The position numbers and the translations under genes were made by a program. From the human T2T-CHM13v2.0 reference genome, Homo sapiens: a DNA stretch of 64,000 nt. The stretch's first letter is position 1; each line of letters opens with the position of its first letter. The notes below the pieces were generated by a model. It ran no database searches. It was not told the DNA's origin and worked only from the letters and a program-made list of their open reading frames with translations. Location of the stretch: the NCBI RefSeq assembly GCF_009914755.1, contig NC_060926.1; one strand, written 5' to 3'. Below, piece after piece: positions 13,287 through 28,391 of this stretch.

Positions 13287-13661
13287 TATACAAAAATCTG
13301 TAGCATAGTGTCTAATTGTAGGTGTTACATAAATAACTACTACTCCACTTCTATTATTGTAAAATATAATTCCATTTGTAAGATACATACTATCTAGTTA
13401 AAATCAATATCCTTTCCTTTCTTCCAGGTAGTGTCCCATCCCAAACCATTCAGCATATTACCTTATCCTCAACTAACCTTTAATAAAGTACTAAATAGTA
13501 ACTAAGACATTGCATGGTAACAGATAATCCAATAATCCCTGCAGGGCGATCTTCATTATTTAAAGACAAATGTCATCTAAAATCTTGAGGAGTGGGGCTG
13601 TGTTGGTTGAATGACCATTTGGTGCAGTTGATTTGTAGTGAGATGACTTCAGCTGGTGAAT

Positions 13662-13905
13662 CTTTTTAAAATTGATACATAATAATTGCACATATTTATA
13701 GGGCACATGTGATATTTTGATACATGCATATAAAGCATAATGATCAAATCATGGCATTTAGGTTATTCATCACCTCAAACATTTATTATTTTTTGTGTTG
13801 GTAATGTTTCAAATCTTTTCTTCTGCTATTTTGAAATACTCAATAAATTATTATGAACTGTAGGCACCCCACTGTTCTATCAAACATCAGAAGTTATTCT
13901 TTCTA
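13662..13905 (-). mobile_element. L1MA 3' terminal fragment
   Basis: 'aattgatacataataattgcacatatttatagggcacatgtgatattttgatacatgcat' is an antisense L1MA 3' end. Confidence 0.85.
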
Positions 13906-16690
13906 TTGGCCATTAGGGCTTTCCTTTCTTTTTGTTGTTGTTAAACTGCTCTATTTCATTAGTGATTAGAGAATGCACATTAAAACAATTACTCCCTACC
14001 CTTTTACAAGTTTTAGACAGGAATTAAAATCTGATAACAAAGGGTTCTTGAAAATGTAAGGAAGTAGAAATTTCTATGCCTTATTGATGGAGGTGCTAAA
14101 TTGTTAAAAGAATTTTGGAGAAAATATTGTCAATGATGGAAAACTTTGAAGATGTCCATTTCCTACCATCCATTAATGTCATTTCCAGATACATACTTTG
14201 GAGAAATATTATAAAGAGACATGTTCAAGGGTGTCCCTGCAGCGTTATGGACATGAAAAAGCATTCACTTATTTTTTTTACCACTAACTAATATGTTAAA
14301 AAACAATTTCTATCTCTAATTAGACCTTTAGCCTTTCATTTTTCTGCAAGTTACTTTCCAGAAAAATCTACCTTGCCCTGTTATGAACTGGCCTTCTTAT
14401 CTGTCACATTTTGAGAGAACCAGGATCACCTAGGAAGGTTTCTACTACCTAAATAAATTCAGTGTTGTGCACAAGAAAATCTGCACTCCACAGGCAAATT
14501 TGAAAAAGAGTCTGCAAGAAGTCTTTAAGGAGCAAATTGGGAAATTTAGATAATTTCTTGCTGAAGTGCTTAATATCTGGTAATATGAGTACTTGAAATA
14601 TCTTTGAAATGCCAGTTGGGAAAGGAAAGAATGAGATTTTCTGGAGTATAACCTTGAGACACCAGGGCCCTCAAATAAAGAGTTTGCACCCTCTGGTTCC
14701 CTTTCAAAAAGAGAAATAATCACACAGTACACGGTAAGTTCATGTTAAGTACTGGTCAAAAAAGGGCATCGATACACCTTCAGAAACATCTTGTATATCT
14801 TCCAAATTTCCACATGGAGTCATATAAAAATTATTGGCATTTAGTAATTTAATAATAAACCCCAGGTCTTGAAAGCACCTGAATGATTTAAAATATTTGG
14901 TTTTCCCCAATGAGCTAATTAAGCAAAATTTTGAATAACATAATTTGAAATAATAAATATTGGATTTGGAGGAGTCAACCATGTTATCAAGAAGATTTTA
15001 TACATGTCCATTTAGCACAACTTCAAAAATATAGATAATATGCATCTCTAGCAAGGTTGTCAAACCAATATACCCATACATTGCTAGAACCAAAATATAC
15101 TGTGATATATTATTAAATATTATTGCCAAGAAGTAGAAAATGTGCATGCTATTTTGCCCAATAATTCTACTTGCATGGCAAAAAAAAGGAACCAGGTATA
15201 TTCTTCAAGACGTTTATGCAATATTATATTACATAAAAATGTTATGAAGAATGTAATTCCACAATATGGTATTAATTAAATTATTGAGCACATCTAATTA
15301 CTTGAATATTATGCAGATCTTCAATATAATAAATTGAAACAATATGTCAACAAAAGTGAAGGACTTGATATATATAAAAATGCTGTTCTGTACTATGATT
15401 AAAATTATGCCAAATTTATTAATTCACGTGGACAGAAATTTGAGAGAAAACGGTAAATAGTAGTTCACTTTTTGGAATGGTTTAGGACCACTGGTAAAGT
15501 TATTTCTTTTATTTTTAACATTTTATTACTTTAGTTTTTCATGTTATTTTAAAAGAAATAACTTCACATACGACACCTTATTCCTTGAGCATATTGGTTT
15601 ATTTAGAGCTATGCCTCATCCCTCCACACAATGGCCAACATTAATGTGAGTTTTCTGCAGATATCTAGCGCAGCATAAATCCATACTCTTTGCTTAAATA
15701 AATCGCTTTATTTTTAAATAGAAGGAATCTTTTTCTTCTTTTCTTTTGGGCTCCAGCAGGTGGGATCACCTACATAAGATATATCTGCCCTAATGTATTC
15801 CCTATGACTTTAGTCAAGCTTTCCCTGAGTTTATGTAATCAGCATAACCTTAAAAACTAAATAAATAAAAATCTGAACAGGTGGACTTCTGAGCAGGACG
15901 AGTTTTCTTAAGCTCTCGTGGCTCTAACTGTTACATGCAAATTGTTCAATAAATAACGTTGGCCATAAAAAGAAAAGATATTAATTAAGAAGAGGATTTA
16001 GGCTGACTCAGTCTCATACATGAGACAAAAGGTTAAGTAAATGCCAAGGCCGCTGTGCCTCTTCAAACAATGAATATTAGTTTTAGAATCATTAATGTCT
16101 GCTTAGAAAACAGAGTCATATTGGAGAATTGTATGCCAAAATAACCAAGGCCAGAGCTGTTTCTTTTCAATCTGAATTGAAATAATTCTCCAACCAACGG
16201 CTAAATGTATGCAGTTAAGAGTGTTAGGCAGGACAACAGGGACCGGCACTTTGAATATGTAGCCAAATTGAGATCATGTTTTTCTTTGAATGTAATAATA
16301 TGCACAGTTAATACATATCAGCAAAATCTGATAAACTTTGCTGAGGAAAAGCAGGGCTAACTGGTGACAGGAAGCCATTGCATTTTCTGACAGGAGGACA
16401 GTAGAATCCCCAGGGCAGGCCAGTGTAGGACAGGAATGAAGACCTGGCCCAGATAGGTCTGCCCATAGCCAGACAGGGTTCCTCTAAGAGCAGAAAAAAA
16501 GTGTCTGCAAAGCAAGATCTTTTGTAGACTCACTTCTGTTTCCCCAATAAGTTAAGCCTGTGGTGCTTTCTGTATTGATCTGGAAATTCTGCAAGCCATC
16601 TTGCAGTGAATCTTTTCACTAGGGTTATTCTTCAAACACTTTCCTACCTTCTGGTCAGAGAAGCTGTCCAGTAAAGTTTACAAACTAACT

Positions 16691-17009
<319 letters not shown>

Positions 17010-18010
17010 TAAAGTTTACCAACTAATTTATATTAATTTATATTTCTTCTATTTCAATTGAGTTTTCCAATTACCATGTGGGATTCTGACATCTCTATCA
17101 ATTCAAAATAAGCCCTTTAACATTAATACTTTCCAAAGGTCGGCATAAAGTATTTGTGTTTACAAATCTGGAGAGGTGAAGTATACATTCAAATTCTAAA
17201 ATTTAGAGGGGTCATTTTGGTGATAAATTATTTTATAATTATTGCTAATGTTAATTGGTATAGAATATAAGTTTAATATGCAGTTTAAAATTCCTGTTAA
17301 ATACCTGCTGTGTATAATGTCTGTGGTATTAAAAACAATTTGGATTCAATAAATGTCTTTTGCCTCTACTCGTATTTCTCTAAATGTCTACATATGAGTA
17401 TTCACTTAAAAGATAATCCAATCCATTATATCTAATGCATTCATTTTTATGATATCGACTTCTGGAATCAGACTTTTAGCTAAATATGGAAAATATGTCT
17501 TGTAATTCCAGCTTGAACGCTTAGTGATTAAAGTGAATTCTGAGGTTTGTATTTCTGAGTTTGGAGGATCCCTAAAATGAGGCAAGAAATGCAGATGAAA
17601 AGTGAAGTGAGAGGAGATGAAGGAGGGATCCTGGTTAGGTGTCTCCTCCTTGGCTGCTTGATGGAGCAAGTTCAGTTAGCAGTTCCACCAGGTCCTGCTC
17701 TCATTTCTCCACCTTGAAACCATGTGATGCAACCTGCCTCTCTCATGCCCCCTCTACTACTTTTCTCATTTCTCAGATATATTTTATGAGGTTAAAGAAA
17801 ATGTCTAAAGAAACACATCAACACTAAAAGAGTCAGTTGGTAGAGATAAAATCATTAAATGTGAGATGGCTTAAATATCTTCAAAGTGGGATAAAATTTC
17901 AGAGCATTGTTTTTATTATCTAAATCACTAATCATGAATTTGATAGAGACCTTTTTTTTCTTATTATAAGCTCCTTACTGAATGCTTAACTCAATGACCA
18001 AAATTTCAAC

Positions 18011-18223
18011 TTATATATATATATAAAATACACACGAGCACTATGTAGATAATGCATGTATACACAATATATATGTGTGTGTGTATTATGTATATAAAAT
18101 ATGTATGTATTATGGATATATAATGCATATATACTTATATACATATGCTTATAACTCATATATGTATATATGTGTGTATATATACATTACATGCATACAC
18201 ACATATGGTTGGAGAGTGAAGTT

Positions 18224-18260
<37 letters not shown>

Positions 18261-18262
18261 TG
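18011..18262. repeat. (TA)/(TATG)-rich low-complexity tract ending in (GT)n at 18226-18258
   Basis: Directly visible. Confidence 0.92.
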
Positions 18263-19839
18263 TGGGTGTATATGCCTTCCAGGCAGTGTAGAACTAGAGA
18301 CAAATTTGTCCTCTGAAAACATCAGAAGCAGCTGTCCTCTGAAAACATGGCCTGAAGCAGCTGACAGGCCATGAAAACTAACAAGTCATAGACAGGACAG
18401 TCTCATATTGGGTCCCTTTGTTAAATTCTGGGTTGAATTTCAAAACCAATTGTTTCTATGCCAAGTTACCCTAACAGAGGTCAATAGTGAGGTAGGCATG
18501 GCCATAGAGGTGGTGAGTGCTGGGAACTTTGTATTTGTCAGAAGTTCCTGAGTCCCTGATGTTATAGAGGCAGGTGGGCAAAGAGTAAAGTCTCATGTTG
18601 GTCTTCCTCTGTCCTAGAAGGGGTGAGAGGCTTTATGTGGACAGGAATAGATAAAAAGCAAGGTAATTTATCAAGGATGGGTGAAGGGTGTGGTACAGAA
18701 TGGGAAAGAGTGAGTGAAGTACCCAGAGGAAAAGATAAAAATGAAGACATATATGCATGTAGAGTGAAATAAACAAGAGAAAGCACAGAAGGCGGCAGAT
18801 GCAGAAGCTGAAACAAACAAAACTAGGAACCCCAATTAAGGAGACAAAGGGGACAAAATATAAAAATATAGAAGAGGTTGGAACAGAGCCAAAGTAAGAG
18901 AATGTGAACTGGGGTTGGGAAGGGAAATAGAGAAAGCAGGGGAGTAACTGGCTTAAGGTAAAGATAAATACAAAGAAACTACATCAAGTGAGATAGCAAG
19001 TACAGGCAAAGGGAACACTTTGAGGGGACCAGAGAGCCTGGTGGCATTGGAGAAGTCACCAAAAGGGCAAAGACATTATGGGAGGAGAAAAAAATAGAAG
19101 AAACTCTATTTTCAATACAAAGGAAAATTAAGTGTATTAAAAGTCCCCTTTACTAAGGAAGCACAGGTGCCTGGAATGGGATGGAGGGAGGCAAAGGGGA
19201 CAAAAGAATGGATGTCATGTGTCCTTCCTTTTAGAAATCCATAGTGAGAAACACCCGTCCAGTACATAACAATCAACCGTTGAGAAAAATGAGGAAGTTA
19301 AATTTAAATACTAAATGTTTGATGGGGACAGTAAATGTTATAGGAGTTAAGAGGTTAGAGAAGATGATTTGGCAAGTTATTGGTAAAATTTTGATTACAA
19401 AAGCCTTGAGCTGGAGCTTGCTGGAGAAGCAACTTTTTGCAGTGATGGAGAGATGGATGTTCTACACTTAGTCCCTCTAAGCCTCCTGGTGGGTTTGACA
19501 TTTGTAAGGGAAGTCTTGTACCCCAACCGCCATCACTGCTAATGCACCCAAATTGCTCTTCTCTTACCTGGCCCTGGCCTCAGAAGCTGCAACCCTACCT
19601 CCAAATATATCCTTCCCTTCCATGCCTCTGTGTTTGGGGCAGTAATACTTCCTCCTACTGCTGGTTTATCCTCCTTGCTCTATTCTAAACTTCTTCATCC
19701 ATAAATCATCCACTCATCCTCCTAGGCTTAAGTCAAACACCATCTCTAATTAAATAAAATTAATTAAAGTACTGCAGTTAAAGTTTCTGGGACATTGTCT
19801 AAACATAGAAGGCTCAAATAGGTGCTAGTTTCCAATTCT

Positions 19840-20379
19840 CTGGAGGATACAGACCATTGACCCACTCAGTCTTCATTCGATCTTTCCTCTAATTGAAGAG
19901 ATTAGAAAACTAAAACTATCTTCCCAGTTTCCTTGCAGCTAGAGTTTAATGTGAATTAAATTTAGCCATATTTATACCTACATGACTTTGAAGGGTGGAA
20001 TGAGGTAGAGGCTACCTCCTTGCCCCTTTGGCTGTTTCCACAAGGGGACAACGCTCTGAGGAGATGAGTGTCTTCTATGGTGGCGTTCCTTGTCAATTTT
20101 TCAGTTTCCTAAATGTGCTGACAGGCACTTAGGATGGTAATAGCGGAAGTAGCAGCTACTGAATTCCAGTCCCCCTTCCAGCTCCACTGGCAGCCTTAGA
20201 GGGAATAGCTCCTTTAGAGGGTCCAAGTCATTCTAGGAGATATTCCTGACAGCTCAGCCTAGCACCTCAGCTCCCAATTCTTCCACCAATTTTTAAGAAC
20301 CTAATTCCCTGTATTAAATTCCTTCTGCTTAAAATATTTTGAGAATTTTCTGTGTATTCATTGAAACCTGGCTGATACA
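19840..20379 (+). mobile_element. LTR33-like ERVL solo LTR
   Basis: 3' end 'aattccctgtattaaattccttctgcttaaaata...cctggctgataca' and internal 'ttcccagtttccttgcagctag'. Confidence 0.75.
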
Positions 20380-23379
20380 AGTTCTAATATAAACAGCTAT
20401 AGCAATTTGGAGACTTGTAAGGCAACAATCATGTACTCTTATGTGCTGCAGTTAATTGTTTATGGATTACACATGCTTTCTTGGCCTTCTATGCTGTAAG
20501 TCCTTAGTATCCCAATCCCAAAATATATAGCACAGGGTCAAATAGGATATCCACAAAAGCGGATTAATCACTGCATTCAGTTCTCAATATCAGGTCCCAG
20601 GCAGTGTGGGGAGTATCTTCACTGTTTATTTATTGTTCTTCTCTTGGATTGTTCTTTCTCTACTCCGAAACCAACAATTAGACAGGGAAAGTAAAAAATT
20701 CTGACACATCATACCATTCCCAATTTGCTAATATGTTCCTTTTGAATATGCTTTAGTGTCAAGTTTGGGGTGGGGTGGACAGAAGCAGAGCCTTGGCTCA
20801 GTGTGCACTTATGGATTTCAAATATCTTTGAGGTCCTTTCTCCAAAGACTGCAGCTACCTGAAAATGGGATTTCATGTAAAAATTTGCTGGCAGAGAATC
20901 CTTAATGTTGGCATGAAACAGGTACACAAGAATCAGGACCTGAATTCTGAAAACAGTGCCAATAGAATGAAGCATTAAAATAATGCCAAATAATATTATT
21001 GTTGGCTTTCTGCAAGTCTCATTGTAATTTCTGTAATTAATATATTTATATTTACAGTTAAAATATAAAGCAGAACTAATAAGAGATCATGAGCTTGAGT
21101 TTTATAAGCTGCTGCTTTCTACAGCCTGGGGAATTTTGAGATGTTTTAGGTATTTTATGATGCAATTATTATCTTCTTCAGGCTTCAACTCACAAATATT
21201 GAATTTGGTTTCTCTGCCCAATTTGTAAATTATCTTTGTCTGAACCATCATCAAATAGAAAAGAATGCAGCAAAATATGTGTTATTATTAATTTTCTTTC
21301 CACCATGTTACAAAATTTCCAGTTCATTCCAAGTACTTGCCTAAGAAATGCAACAACAAAGTAGTGAACGTTGAGAAAGTTAAAACAATTAGTACATTAA
21401 TTCATTGTTAAAGACCAGTCTTAATCTAAAGCAAAAGCAAGAAACAAGGTGGTGTATAAAAATGCCAGTCTGTAATCTTATAAGTGTTTTTCAAAATGAA
21501 TGACCAAGACATGTTTATGTGATCCCTGCATTTCTCTTCTTCCCACTCATTTCCACTCTACAAAAGTCCACACATCATTATATTCGACAAACATAAGCAG
21601 CCACTTGGAAAATATATATTTGGGTTTTCCACAAATGCCCCAATGTCCCTGTCACATAGATGCAAGTGTCATTAGAAGAAGATATGTAATGCATTAAGTG
21701 CTTTGACATTTGGGCATGTTGACTTAGCCTTTGGATGTCATTAGTACTTAACTTGCTACTCCTCTAGCTCAAGTCCAATTTCTTGGGCTTGGCCTTTAGT
21801 GAGGGTATTACTGAAATTCATCAATGTTACATCCTTTCCCTTAACTGAGAAGCTACCATATTTACAATTAAGAATCAAGAAAATACCAGGAGGAGTCAAC
21901 CATTTCCAGTTGCCTCTTGCTTCTTTCACAGAGGAGCTGAGCCCATCAAAGAGAAGCCAGACTTTTTTTAACAAGGAAGTGCCCATCCCACAGACACATG
22001 AAATACACATTTTACTTGTTAATTCATTCTTTCACTTTCCATGTGCTAAACAAGAGGATTATTTTGAAGAAGTCTAGTCTCAGACTTGGAAAGCTCATAG
22101 TCTCCCGGGGGAGACAGACACATCAATAAAATTTGCCCGGCTCAGTGATGCTTCCTGCCACAGAGGCATCAACAGTGCCCTCTGGGAACACTGGGAAGGG
22201 GCAACCCAGAAAGGAGCCCTGAATACATTCTCAGTAAATATGCAAACTTCTCGCTAAATGTGTTGTGGTGGCAGTGGAGGACAAGTTGATGTCATTATAT
22301 TCCTTTTAGAGAGAGAAAAAAAAAATTCTGAGATGCAGGAAAAAATGGAAGTAAACTTTTCCACAACCATCATACAGAGCTGAGATTAGAACCGCTTCTG
22401 ATGGCACAGTGACTCAGCCCAGCAAAATAGATGTGCTGTTCCAGCATTGCTTGGCAAAAAGCCCTCCCTGCCATGGGTAGAAAAGATGCTACATTATGCT
22501 TCATATTCAAAATATGTTATACAATCCAGTTGGAATTCACTGAAGCTGTGCTTCTCACTTCATTCTAGACCCTTAAGGGACACCTGAAAGTAAATGGTGG
22601 GCAAAGTACCACCTATTTTTCTATGTGTCTTCTCCTTTACAAAGCCAGCTCTTCCTCCTGACGTTCTTATTCATGTTAAAGTGGCTACTATTTCCCTGTT
22701 ATGCAAAAACAAAGAGTCGGAATCAACTGTGAGCCCTTTCTTTTCCCTTTTACTCCTATTTAATCAGAACCTAAGGTTTACCCATTTTTCTGAGTATCAC
22801 ATGACCATATTTTGTTTTCTATTCCCCATCCCTCCATTCATCTCATGACACTCTCACTCTTCCAGTGGTACCCCACCTGCCTGTCCATCTCTAAGCTGTT
22901 TGGATTAACACCTCTGATTTGTCTTCCTGCATTTCTCCTATGATCAATTTACCATGCACCCTAGTCCCAAAACACTAGTCTCTCTTCTGCCTTAAAGAAA
23001 GAGAATGTTAGCTTGGTCCCTACCACCTTTCTCAGGCTCAGGCTCACAGGTCCCCTTCTTGCTCCCTGACCCAGCCAACTACTTCCTCACTGTTGCTCAA
23101 ATTCACCTGGCATTCCCACATTTTCATTTTTGCCTGGGTCACTGGGAGAGTGAAATTCCTGGATTGCCCCTTTCTTTATATCTGCCTTTCTTAAAATCCC
23201 ACCTTTTGTCAAGGTTCCACTCATCCCCTTGAAAACTTTCTTGATCATTCCAGCTAATCACATTTTCTTTCTGCTCTGTACTCTCAAAGATGGTATAAGC
23301 CAAACCCCTACTTTGGCCCTCAGCATTAACAGAGCTGGTCAGGAAACACTGTATTTTCATGCCTGCACATCAAATTTTT

Positions 23380-23610
23380 CTCAGATATTTACTGAAGGCC
23401 TAATATATGCCAGTCATTGTGAGAAATGCTTTATTTATATCATCTTAATAGTCTTCCAAATACCTTATGCATCAGTAGTCCATTTTCAGGTGAGAAAACC
23501 AAGTTCCAAGAAAAGAATCCCTAAAAGACATAGAGCCACACAGCTAGCAAGCACCCAATCTGGAATGGAGCTTGTCTGTCAGATGACAGGTCCATTAGAT
23601 CTCCATTGAT
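23380..23610 (-). mobile_element. MIR SINE
   Basis: 'atatttactgaaggcctaatatatgccag...ccattttcaggtgagaaaaccaag...gccacacagctagcaag'. Confidence 0.7.
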
Positions 23611-25844
23611 ACTATTCTGTAAACACCATGATAATAAGGACTATGCCTAGGACCTCTTTAGAAGCCACCAGTGTTAACATAATGCAAATGCTCAATGCAT
23701 ATGTATCTAACAATAGCTTTGTTTCATAGATGCTCTGCAGCCTGTGTTTTAAAAGAGTAACAATGGAGTATAAGCCAACTACAGGCTCTAAATGTCCAAC
23801 TACGTTTATATTCTGCAGAAGTCTAAACACAAACCTATTCTCGTCCCTCAAGGAAACTACAAGAAAGCAGATTTGTTCATCACTGAGAAAGGGAAGGTCT
23901 TAGAAATCACACCTGTCAGTGAGCAAAGAAGTCTCAATATGTCCTGGTAGCCCTTTTCTCTTCACTATTAGATTTGGGGTTAGGGTAATGGCACAAGTCC
24001 CCTAGGGTATATTTTGACATAGAAGATGGTGACTCCAAGTCTGTGAATTTACATCACTCTGCTCTTTGGGATTTGGTCCTCCACAAAAACCTTCCACCAG
24101 TTTGCACCAATTCAATTAGGTGCTCCCAATGGCCCTAGTGAGAAGTGGTGACCTGCTATTTCACCACAGAGCCAGAGGAAAGGAATGGCAAGTCCTGCTT
24201 GGGACAAGATTCCTTTGGATGTAGAAAAGTCTTCATTATAACCAGGTTAAAAATAGGAGAGTCGAGCATCTGAGATTCCTCAAAACACTGAACAGAGATA
24301 TGACTTGCTTGAAGTTCAGAAAGTTCATGTCTGCACAGCCAGTGGTTAAGGAAATTTTTCATAAACCTCAGAGGTTCTGTGAAGATGCTGGCTTCTAAGA
24401 ATGTCAATCTCTGTGATGAAAGATAACTGAAGTCAGGTTAAAGAATAATGTTTGCATCTTAACTGTGTGGGTTCAAGAAGCTGTACCCCACTAGAGTTAG
24501 CTAATATTATGCAAGCTTTGAAAAGAGAGATGTTTTTGTGACTAGGATAACCTAGGGAGAATAAAAAGTCTGATTTGATGAAAAGCCTCTGGTAAAATTA
24601 GAACCTGCTTCTAAGCTTATTCAAAGAAAATGGAAAGTAATGAAAATTAAGAGTGGCAAAGGAATCTTGCAAAAATCCTGACAAGATGGCAATCTAGAAT
24701 TCAATAGAGTTGATTTTGTCTTTCTCTATGGTTTCATCAGATTTTTTTCTCTTCCTTTCCATTTCTCTCTCTTTCTGTCTCTCTCAAATAGCAACACATG
24801 CCTTCTTTCTTAGCAAATTTATTATATTCATAAAAAACAATTTTAGAGAGTGCATGTAAGCTTTTAAAGAAGAGGCTTTTTCTTTAAACAATGGGGAAAC
24901 TATGCACATCAGCAATCTACCAACAAACAGTTACCTGATGCAAAATTAATTCAAGGTGTAGTGTAAGGTTCTACAGAGACAGAAAGTGGCTGATTTTAGG
25001 CAATTCTTCAATTTTAAAAATTTAGCCTGGAAAATGGCATTTTTCTGGAATATCATGATTTGAAAACTGCTTATTATATCAAGAACCAGGAATAGAACCT
25101 GGAATGGGGATTGGAGACATGTTTAATACTGGGGGCCAGGAAGAGGCTGAAGGCAGGACACAAATAAGATCTAAGTGTGTTACCCACAGAGGACAACCAC
25201 ACAGTCAAGATCAAAGCCAGGAGACATGGAGTTAGCCAATTTTAACCAGCATAGTATTCATTAATTGATCAAATCTAATGGGTGCCTTACTCTCTGCTCC
25301 ACAGGCTTCAGAATATGAATACAGGCCAGACCTGTGGGACAAGACAGACCCTGAAGTCAAAGCTGCAGGTACAAGAACAAGAATTGGGAGAGCAAAGTGA
25401 GCTATAGAAGTCTAAATCCCAGGACCCTCAGTAAAACAATGTTAGATCACTGTTGAGCCAACCACAGTAAACAGCAGTCTGCTTATTTCCAAGGATTAAT
25501 GATTAATGTTTTATCCCTGGGCAGGGTTGGAACAAGCCAGGGATTCAGTCTGATCCTGGAAGTCAGGGGCATCCCAGGTGCCTGAAGACCTTTCCTCTTG
25601 TTGCTCAATCTAGCACACAGGAAAGAAATCATGTCATGGAAAAGGTGTGGACTACGGAGTCTTCTTCCCAGTGCTGATGTAAGGAGTAGTGACAGTTAGA
25701 GACTGGAAACATCTAGGACAGTGCCTGGCAAATATTGGGCTGAAATCTTTATCCTTCAGCGTCTCATTAGGCATCCTTGGGTAAACCACACAGACTCTCT
25801 GAGCCTCAGTTTCTATCTGTGTAGTATGGGCATCATGACACCCC

Positions 25845-26269
25845 AGCACCTGTCCTTGGTCTGCCTGTTCTCACATCTGTTTTCTGCCTTTTCTCTGCTC
25901 TGCTCTATATTTCTGGGTACTGACCCTACAAAAAGCATTTCTCTGTTTTCTGGCCAATGAGAGGCACTGGGCTAGGTGGTATAGAGGGCAAGGGAACGAG
26001 AGATTTGCCTCTCCATCTCACTGTCTTGCATGGCCTTTCCAGAAGTAACCGTCTTTCCTCTGTGCTTCTCTCTGGGCTCTAGGAATTCCACCTCCTTCCT
26101 TTTCCTGCCAATATGAGAGTGCCTCACCATTCCCGGTTTGGCTTCTCAGTCTTATATTGCCTGTGTTAACCATTCACTGTCTTAAATTCTCTGGATTGCC
26201 AATTCTCTGTATCCAATCTTCCCTGTTATAAATATTTAGAGGTTTCCTGCTTGGATCCTGACTAACACA
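25845..26269 (+). mobile_element. LTR33-family LTR inserted in a MIR (MIR halves ~25770-25840 and ~26270-26360)
   Basis: LTR33-like end 'gtttcctgcttggatcctgactaacaca'; flanks read as consecutive MIR segments ('ctctctgagcctcagtttct...' then 'ctcatagtgttgttgtaagg...agtacagtgcctgg'). Confidence 0.65.
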
Positions 26270-28391
26270 CTCCTCATAGTGTTGTTGTAAGGGGTAGTGA
26301 TAATTACAGACACGATGCATCTAGTACAGTGCCTGGTGAATAATAAAGTGCTCATTCACTTGCCAAAGGTGTATGGTTGTAGAAGGAAGACCTGCTGTAT
26401 GTGAGCCTCTCCAGTTCCTGTTTCAGACTCTATCTCTAGTTTGTCTTCATTGTGCCTATACTTTCCATGGCATTTGTTTGGTAACAAGACATGCATGGTT
26501 TTGCATGTGATGTTATACTTTTAAATTAATGTTTCATTCCATTTATGGCCATAATGTGCCAGAAATGTTCTGGCTCAGCAGAACCTGCCAGCAGGTTCTG
26601 ATTAAAGCCTTGTTGCTGAATGTCTGAGTGTTCACATTTACTTCCCCCTCCCCTCTTAGGGTGAGTGCCCAGTTCCCCAGGTGGTCTGAGGCTGGGCACT
26701 CCCTCCTGAGCCCAGCTGATGCTTTCTCACTTAGCTTGAGGGGACCATACATGGGCCCGTGGCAGCTGTGACAGATCCTGGACAGCTATCACAGGCCAGG
26801 TTTTCTTGGCCACGGTGTTAGGCATCTGTGTGCTCACCTAGAGGAATAAGAGCAGTGCAATGTCATTGTTGCTTACAGGTGTCTTTTTTGCTCCTACAGG
26901 CTACCACGAAACCCTTTGCCTAGAAGTACAATTAGTATCTCTTTCCTGCGTACTTCACTGTTAAAACTCAGGAGTGTGGAATAGGCCTCCTAAACCATAA
27001 GTTAGCTTCAGGATCTACACTCTTTTCTTTAGAATTTGGATCATGACTAGGGACATCCTCTGTATGTCTTTGGCATGATATTTAACCTCTTAGAGCCATA
27101 GTGTCCTCAGCTGTAAAACTAGCACAACAGAACCTTCCTGGTACAATTTTTTTCAAATCACAAGTATCAGCTGTTTAAAAATCAAGGGATCCATGAAGTA
27201 AACAAGTCATCTCATCTGTGTGGATCTAAAGAATCATAGATTGTTTGGATGCAGAAGGTTTAATCTCAAGACTGTAGGACACAGAGTCACTTTGGTCTCC
27301 AGTGGCTCCTTGAATAACCTTTGTCCTGTTTCTTAGCTCAACTAGAAAACCCAAGACTTACACCATTTTATGTTCTACGGAAGCTACACAATTAGAATAA
27401 AATATGGCTCTTGTCCTCAAGAAGGTTTTAGTTCAGTTGAAGAGAGAACAGTATAGTTTCTTTTCTATTCTGCTTAGCTGTCCTAAAAAGAGACTCATGC
27501 CTGGCAAAGTATGGCACATTTCTTATAAGATGAGGCCTGGAGATCACTGATAGCAACTGTCTCTCCTGCTAGAATGTTTTGGATAATGGAAGAAAATCTA
27601 AATTTACCAGTAAAACAAATCCCAAGCTAAGTTGCGAGCCCTGAGGGTATCTACTATAAAAGCTCATTTCTTAGGGCTAAGTTCTCTTGGACTGGCCCAC
27701 CAGAAGAGTCTCATTATAAAGTCAGGCATCTTTCCTTTTCCAGAAATTAACTCTTTTAAATCTTCCAAGTTTTCCCTTTGCATTTTTCTACGTAAAATCC
27801 TGATCTACAAGGCTAGTTGATAAATTTTGTTTAAAAATCTCCAATTTTCTTTCCTTGAAAAATTAAGGTAAATAATTTATGAGCCCAGCATCTAGTGTTT
27901 CTTTCTATCTTTTGATTCTTTCCTCCTCCAAATAGGAAGACAGGAAACACTTGGACCAAAGGCAGTACCCAGCCCATTGTCCATGCTGGTCTTCCTTTAA
28001 AAGAAGGAACTCCAAAATCATACTTAATAGAAATCAATGGCAAATGGGCACAGTGTACAAACTACAGAGTCTTGATTGCTGGGTTATCTGATCTGGGGAG
28101 CTCATGCCTAGATTCACAGAAATTTGGAGCATTTATGGAGTCATCAAGATAGTTTAGTAGGTCAGGGAGTGAACAAGAGTGGAGGGGGTGGGGTAATTGT
28201 ATTTTTTCCTTTGGCTGGCTCCGTAGCATTTTCTTATCTGAAGATTTAGTGATGTAAAGTTTCAGTGGCTTTCTCTACCTACCACACCATTGTTTCCCTT
28301 TCCCTTTTTGTCTTTTCCTTTTTTCTTTCTTTGCAGGTAGCTCCTATCTTTAACGTCAGCAGTAATCACTGTGGTATTTTTGCTTAGGCAG

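Noticed and set aside
14730-14738. Consensus donor ACG|GTAAGT
   Set aside because: No convincing paired acceptor or open frame; isolated donors are common.
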